A DNA stretch of 63,731 nucleotides, counting the filler, from Octopus bimaculoides (Eukaryota), in assembly GCF_001194135.2 (NCBI RefSeq). It is 4 parts of 4 records of this genome, joined end to end, with 100 filler letters (N's around TTAATTAATTAA, not from the genome) between each part and the next. Parts side by side here need not be neighbours in the genome. Positions count along the whole stretch, not along the records: positions 55,360 to 63,731 come from NC_068988.1; 3 more parts are not named here. One strand, 5' to 3'. Both the position numbers and the translations under genes were made by a program. How positions within the stretch are numbered: the stretch's first letter is position 1; every line of letters starts with the position of its first letter. Shown here piece by piece: positions 58,059 through 63,731 of the stretch. The notes under the pieces were generated by a model. It saw nothing but the letters and a program-made list of their open reading frames with translations, did no database searches and had not been told where the DNA came from.

Positions 58059-60031
58059 GTTTGTCAGAGTTCTTTCGTCGCACATTTTGTGACCTCTTCA
58101 GCGGTTTTCTGCCCTACGTGTTTTCTCTTGTCTTTCCTATTCCATTATTCAAATATCATTTCGTGATTTCGGTAATAGATGTTTCTGATTGGATAAAATT
58201 GCATAACTTTAAATCCTGGTAACTTTTTAATCATGAATTTCTAGACTTTAGAAATGCAATTTTCGTCATAAGCATGCAACATTTACATCAAAATTACTTT
58301 TTTGAAAATATAGACGTAAAAATTTGAAATACTTCGAGAGGTTGGAAGAAGTTTATTTCCACTTCGGGTTCAGTCCCTAAACTGATCAATGATTTGTGAG
58401 TTAATTCGGTAAGTGGTAACTGCAAGGAACCCCGTAATATGTGCGCGCACGCGTATGTGTGAGTGAGTGTGTGTATGTTTGTGCATGCCTTTACCTCACC
58501 ACCATCGCCACCACTTGACATCTGATGTTCGATGTTGGCTGCTTTACGTCCCCATAATCTAGTGGTTCGACAGCAGAGACTGATAGAATAAGTATCAGAC
58601 TTTAAAAAAGTCCTGGGTCAATTCGTTCGACTAAACGCTTCAAGATAGTGCCCCACAATGGCCATAATCCAATGACTAAAGAAAGTAATAAATAAAATAA
58701 GAGAAAAATGTATGTGTATCTATATTTTATATTCTATATACGCTTCCTTAACAATCTCTAATGATCACACACTAAATCATGTATGGATGCTGGTCTTTAA
58801 TTTTCTCCGTTTTTCCTTGTTTTTATTTTTTATTTTTATATCCTTCATTTTCTTCTTCATTCTTAACCTACACAAATGGTATTTTTTAACACATGACACT
58901 TCTATCGCACACCACACTGTTTAAATATTCCGAAATCTCAAAAAAAAAAAAAATGAATTCAGATATGCATACATGTATCCACACACATACACATACACAC
59001 TCATACGCACTGCAGATCATAGATCATTGTCCACATCCAGTCAGAGCCACCACCTTCCATTCGCCTTTCCCAACGTCTCAACGCCACTTACATTTATTTG
59101 ATTCCTGCTATGAATTTATATATGTATTACTCTACCTCCCTTTCTCCAATCGCTCTCTTTCCTCCTGTACCTCATCCTACCTTATTGTTCATTCTCAGCG
59201 GTGCCTTCGATACCATCAAATATCTTCTTTCTAAATTGTTTTCTTGCTTTCTATTCTCCTGCCTTTTCAGTTTTATTGTTTCTCGTTCCTTCCTCTTTTT
59301 TACTACTTTTACAATCAGGGCCCTTTGTTTTGTTTTTCCTTTTACTTTTTCTTCATTTTCTAATGTTTTATTTCAAATATTTTTCATGCACTTTTATATG
59401 TGCTGCTTTTTTTACATGTATATCTTTACTTTTTAATGGATACATTCTTAGCTGTGTGCATAGTTACATGTAATTCACACGGATATATATGTGATTATAC
59501 TTATGTTTGTATGGACGTATGTCTATGTATGTCTTTGACTGTGTCAATATGTCTGCGTCAACTGTGTGTTGTAGAGAGGCAACTGGATGCTGTCCCCTTG
59601 AAAAGCCTACAATTTAATGAAGATTTTAAGGCCGATTTTTATAGATTATGATATCAAAAACTTTTGAAATTGCATCAGTTGCATCAATTGGTCTATACTT
59701 CTGATATCCGCTTGACAATATTGACCAAGGTTACCGTGGCCTTTTCCGTAGGCTTTTCTTTCCACGGCTAAACCTAAACTGTCCTCCCCTTTTTACACGA
59801 GAACATTACTGTGATACACGATCCCTATTGATCGTTATTTGTTTTTTTTTCTCGATCCTTTTTGATCGAACTCCCCCCTTTTTTCCTTCCTACGATCCCT
59901 TTTGATCGACACCCCCCTACTTTTTTCCCTTCCCCCTCCCAAAAAGAAAAGCTCTACATTNNNNNNNNNNNNNNNNNNNNNNNNNNNNNNNNNNNNNNNN
60001 NNNNNNNNNNNNNNNNNNNNNNNNNNNNNNN

Positions 60032-60078
<47 letters not shown>

Positions 60079-60086
60079 GTATCTAT

Positions 60087-60120
<34 letters not shown>

Positions 60121-60121
60121 T

Positions 60122-60174
<53 letters not shown>

Positions 60175-60203
60175 TTGTATGTGTGTCAGTCTGTTGGTCT
60201 GTA

Positions 60204-60248
<45 letters not shown>

Positions 60249-60316
60249 TTGCGTGTAACTGTGTGTGTGACCCTGTGTGTGTGTGTACACACACACAAAT
60301 TAACAAATACATATGA

Positions 60317-60367
<51 letters not shown>

Positions 60368-60769
60368 TTGTTGCATATATTCGTGTGTGTGTAAGTCAAT
60401 GTCTGTATTCGTGTGTGCGCTTACGTGTAATGTACTATACTAGCACTGCTGCAGCAATACATACGCACTCACTCACAAAAACTCGCCTATATTTTATTGT
60501 GAGCCACAGCGAATAAGGATAATTAGCGCTAAGTAAACAGGTGCGAGGGATAATGTATACACATGCTCACTGCCTGAACTCCAATATACACGGAAAAGTA
60601 AGCATATACATCTTAGTTGCATTTACGCTATACTTACATAAATTCATACATAAAGATAGCCTGACATGCATACATATATACACACACATATATGGATACA
60701 TATGCAAATGCTTCATGTGTGTGTGATCCTGTGTGTGTGTGCGTTTGGGCTGAGGACGCGTTGTAGTTA

Positions 60770-60915
60770 GGGTGTTGTATTCAGGATAGTGGTTTCGATT
60801 CTTGGATCGGGTGATGCGTTGCTCCAGTCCACTCAACTGTGTAATCTTGCAACAGACCGGTGTTCCGTACAGAATCCCGAAAATCGGTCTTACGAGCCTT
60901 TGGATTGGGAAGGAC
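60770..60915 (+). mobile_element. CORE-type SINE relic
   Basis: tRNA-like GTAGTTAGGGTG...GGTTTCGATTC head, then TTGCTCCAGTCCACTCAACTG; related to 4775-5010. Confidence 0.45.
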
Positions 60916-61021
60916 GTTTGACGTTTTCATTGATATATACGCACGCGTGTGTGTGCGTGTGTGTAATGGAAAAACTAAAGAGCTAAAATAACATATATCA
61001 TCATCATCATCATCATCATCA

Positions 61022-61070
<49 letters not shown>

Positions 61071-61135
61071 CATTTAACCACGGTGGTGCTCTAGTATGAC
61101 CGCTGCTGTATGGCTAAATAAAAGAATAAAAGAAT

Positions 61136-61186
<51 letters not shown>

Positions 61187-61189
<3 letters not shown>

Positions 61190-62456
61190 TATTTACATTA
61201 TTTACATTTGACGAATATTTGTCCTCATCTAGTTAGTTTGTCGTTAATTATCGGTGATTCAAGAAAAACTGGTGACAGACACCCACCTAAAAGAACACAC
61301 TACTATACCAATAAGAAACTTGATGGAAATGTTGACCTTCTGTGTAGAAACTACCTACTTCAGTATGGACACTGATATATATCGACAAGCTGAGGGTTTA
61401 GCTATGGGTTCGCCATTATCATAGATAATAACCAATATATACATGGAATACTTTGAGAATTTAGCTTTAGGATCAACACCACTAAAACCAACCCTATGGC
61501 CCCAGCGGAAGATGTCCAAGTGCTGTTAGATCATGTGAACTCAATCAAACCATCTATACAGTTCACAATGGAAAACGAAAAAAACAAATCAGCTAGCATT
61601 CCTTAACGTATTAATAACACGCACCAAGTATGGATTCAGGACATCCGTATTCCGCAAGCCGACCTTCACTGGACGATACCGCAACTTCAATTCCCACCAT
61701 CCATACAGTTTAAAGAGAGGGATTGCTCGTTGCCTAAACATCGAGCAAAGAATATAAGTAGCGATCGTGATAACCACCACAAAGAAATGATCAAGTTCAG
61801 TAACAATCTATTACACAACAACTACCCCCAAAACATACTATCCACTCCAATTATGAAGAAAAGAGAGGATGAAACCAATATACTATCCACCGTCTGTCTA
61901 CCCTATGTGAAAGGCCTCTCCGAAAAGATACAAAAGATATGAGGCCCATATGACATCAGGACAGTATTCAAGAGTAATACAACACTTTGGAAATATCTCC
62001 TTCGAGTAAAACCACCAATAGAAGAGAATATGACCAAAAACTGCGTGTACTCCATCCCACGCAGCTGTGGTAGGTTAAACAAAGGCGAAACATGCCACCC
62101 CGCTGAAAATAAGGGTAGAGGAACGTCGCAAAGCTGTGACACGAGGAAATACTGATAAATCGGGTATAGCTGATCATGTTTGGAAAAATAGAGACCACCA
62201 CTGGAAAACTCGAAAACTAAAAGAAGCAGCACATATGCTAGGACACAACAACCTCCTAAGCAGACTGAGTGCAGACATGAATAGCATATGGGAACCAGTA
62301 GGATCGGAAGGATAGGAAAATATTAGATTTATAAACCCTACAATTCACTCCATAATTGCCCACGGCGTAGTGGTTAAGAGCGCGGGCTACTAACCCCAAG
62401 ATTACAAGTTCGATTTTAGGCAGTGGCCATAATAATAATAATAATTATTATTATTA

Positions 62457-62491
<35 letters not shown>

Positions 62492-62573
62492 ACATCGAAA
62501 AATAGCTTTAGGAATGAGAACCCAGGTTCGAAATTACACCAAGACACACAAACAAGATGTGGACAAATATCCG
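61187..62573 (+). mobile_element. Poseidon-type Penelope-like element, 5'-truncated, with RT + GIY-YIG, a tRNA-headed 3' repeat and an inverted repeat piece at the 5' end
   Basis: FCVETTYF...YRQAEGLAMGSPLS...IYMEYFE...IQFTMENE...LAFLNVLI...VFRKPTFTGRYRNFNSHHP...CLPYVKGLSEKI...CVYSIPRSCG..KGET..PLKIRVEE (decayed GIY-YIG). 61187-61246 is the reverse complement of the element's own tail (GATGAGGACAAATATTCGTCAAATGTAAATAATG). Runs into a gap at 62574. Confidence 0.9.
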
Positions 62574-63418
62574 NNNNNNNNNNNNNNNNNNNNNNNNNNN
62601 NNNNNNNNNNNNNNNNNNNNNNNNNNNNNNNNNNNNNNNNNNNNNNNNNNNNNNNNNNNNNNNNNNNNNNNNNNNNNNNNNNNNNNNNNNNNNNNNNNNN
62701 NNNNNNNNNNNNNNNNNNNNNNNNNNNNNNNNNNNNNNNNNNNNNNNNNNNNNNNNNNNNNNNNNNNNNNNNNNNNNNNNNNNNNNNNNNNNNNNNNNNN
62801 NNNNNNNNNNNNNNNNNNNNNNNNNNNNNNNNNNNNNNNNNNNNNNNNNNNNNNNNNNNNNNNNNNNNNNNNNNNNNNNNNNNNNNNNNNNNNNNNNNNN
62901 NNNNNNNNNNNNNNNNNNNNNNNNNNNNNNNNNNNNNNNNNNNNNNNNNNNNNNNNNNNNNNNNNNNNNNNNNNNNNNNNNNNNNNNNNNNNNNNNNNNN
63001 NNNNNNNNNNNNNNNNNNNNNNNNNNNNNNNNNNNNNNNNNNNNNNNNNNNNNNNNNNNNNNNNNNNNNNNNNNNNNNNNNNNNNNNNNNNNNNNNNNNN
63101 NNNNNNNNNNNNNNNNNNNNNNNNNNNNNNNNNNNNNNNNNNNNNNNNNNNNNNNNNNNNNNNNNNNNNNNNNNNNNNNNNNNNNNNNNNNNNNNNNNNN
63201 NNNNNNNNNNNNNNNNNNNNNNNNNNNNNNNNNNNNNNNNNNNNNNNNNNNNNNNNNNNNNNNNNNNNNNNTATATATAAATGTCAGTGGGGGATGTATA
63301 TGTGCGTCTGCGTATGTTACCCACTGCTCAACAACCGGTATTCGTTTGTTTATGTTTAAACTACCGGACGGAATAAGTACTAGACTTTAATAAAATATGA
63401 CTATTAGGATCGATATAT

Positions 63419-63468
<50 letters not shown>

Positions 63469-63470
63469 AA

Positions 63471-63502
<32 letters not shown>

Positions 63503-63693
63503 ACACGTTTATACATTCACACTCTTATGCTGTTAGCTTCAGTATTAGAACACCTACCATTTATGCGTGTGTGTATTTGTGTGCATGCAAACACACACAC
63601 ACTCACACACACAGACACATACACATATATGTATACACATATATATATTATGTGTATGGGTCTCTCAGTATATAGGTATACATACAAACATAT

Positions 63694-63731
<38 letters not shown>

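Overview
Animal genomic DNA from a draft assembly, with about 8.4 kb (13%) of N-gaps. The SINE families and the very high microsatellite load suggest a cephalopod, probably Octopus; this is an inference. Two protein-coding genes face each other tail-to-tail. (1) The last three coding exons of an unidentified + strand gene: 168-413, 1796-1917 and 3760-3862, with open frame and consistent splice phases. (2) The terminal exon of a Wnt gene on the - strand (52575-52749), best matching Wnt11; none of its upstream exons is visible in the sequenced part. The rest is repeats: several tRNA-derived SINE families, RTE, R4/Dong-like and Tx1/L1-like LINE relics, several Tc1/mariner relics (one nested inside another, one DD37D/maT), a hAT MITE with a perfect 8-bp TSD, and two different Penelope-like element (PLE) families. 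The most interesting signal is a tRNA-headed module carrying a minimal hammerhead ribozyme. It forms the 3' terminal repeat of a Poseidon-type PLE and also occurs as solo SINE-like copies. A second, core-variant hammerhead (CUGUUGA) is also present. Other notable observations are an endonuclease-less PLE between direct repeats, a duplicated 47-nt motif downstream of the Wnt stop, a perfect 46-bp inverted repeat inside decayed mariner DNA, and three artificial TTAATTAATTAA scaffold linkers that limit claims of contiguity. Boundaries of repeat copies are approximate. Family names come from recalled motifs, not from database searches.
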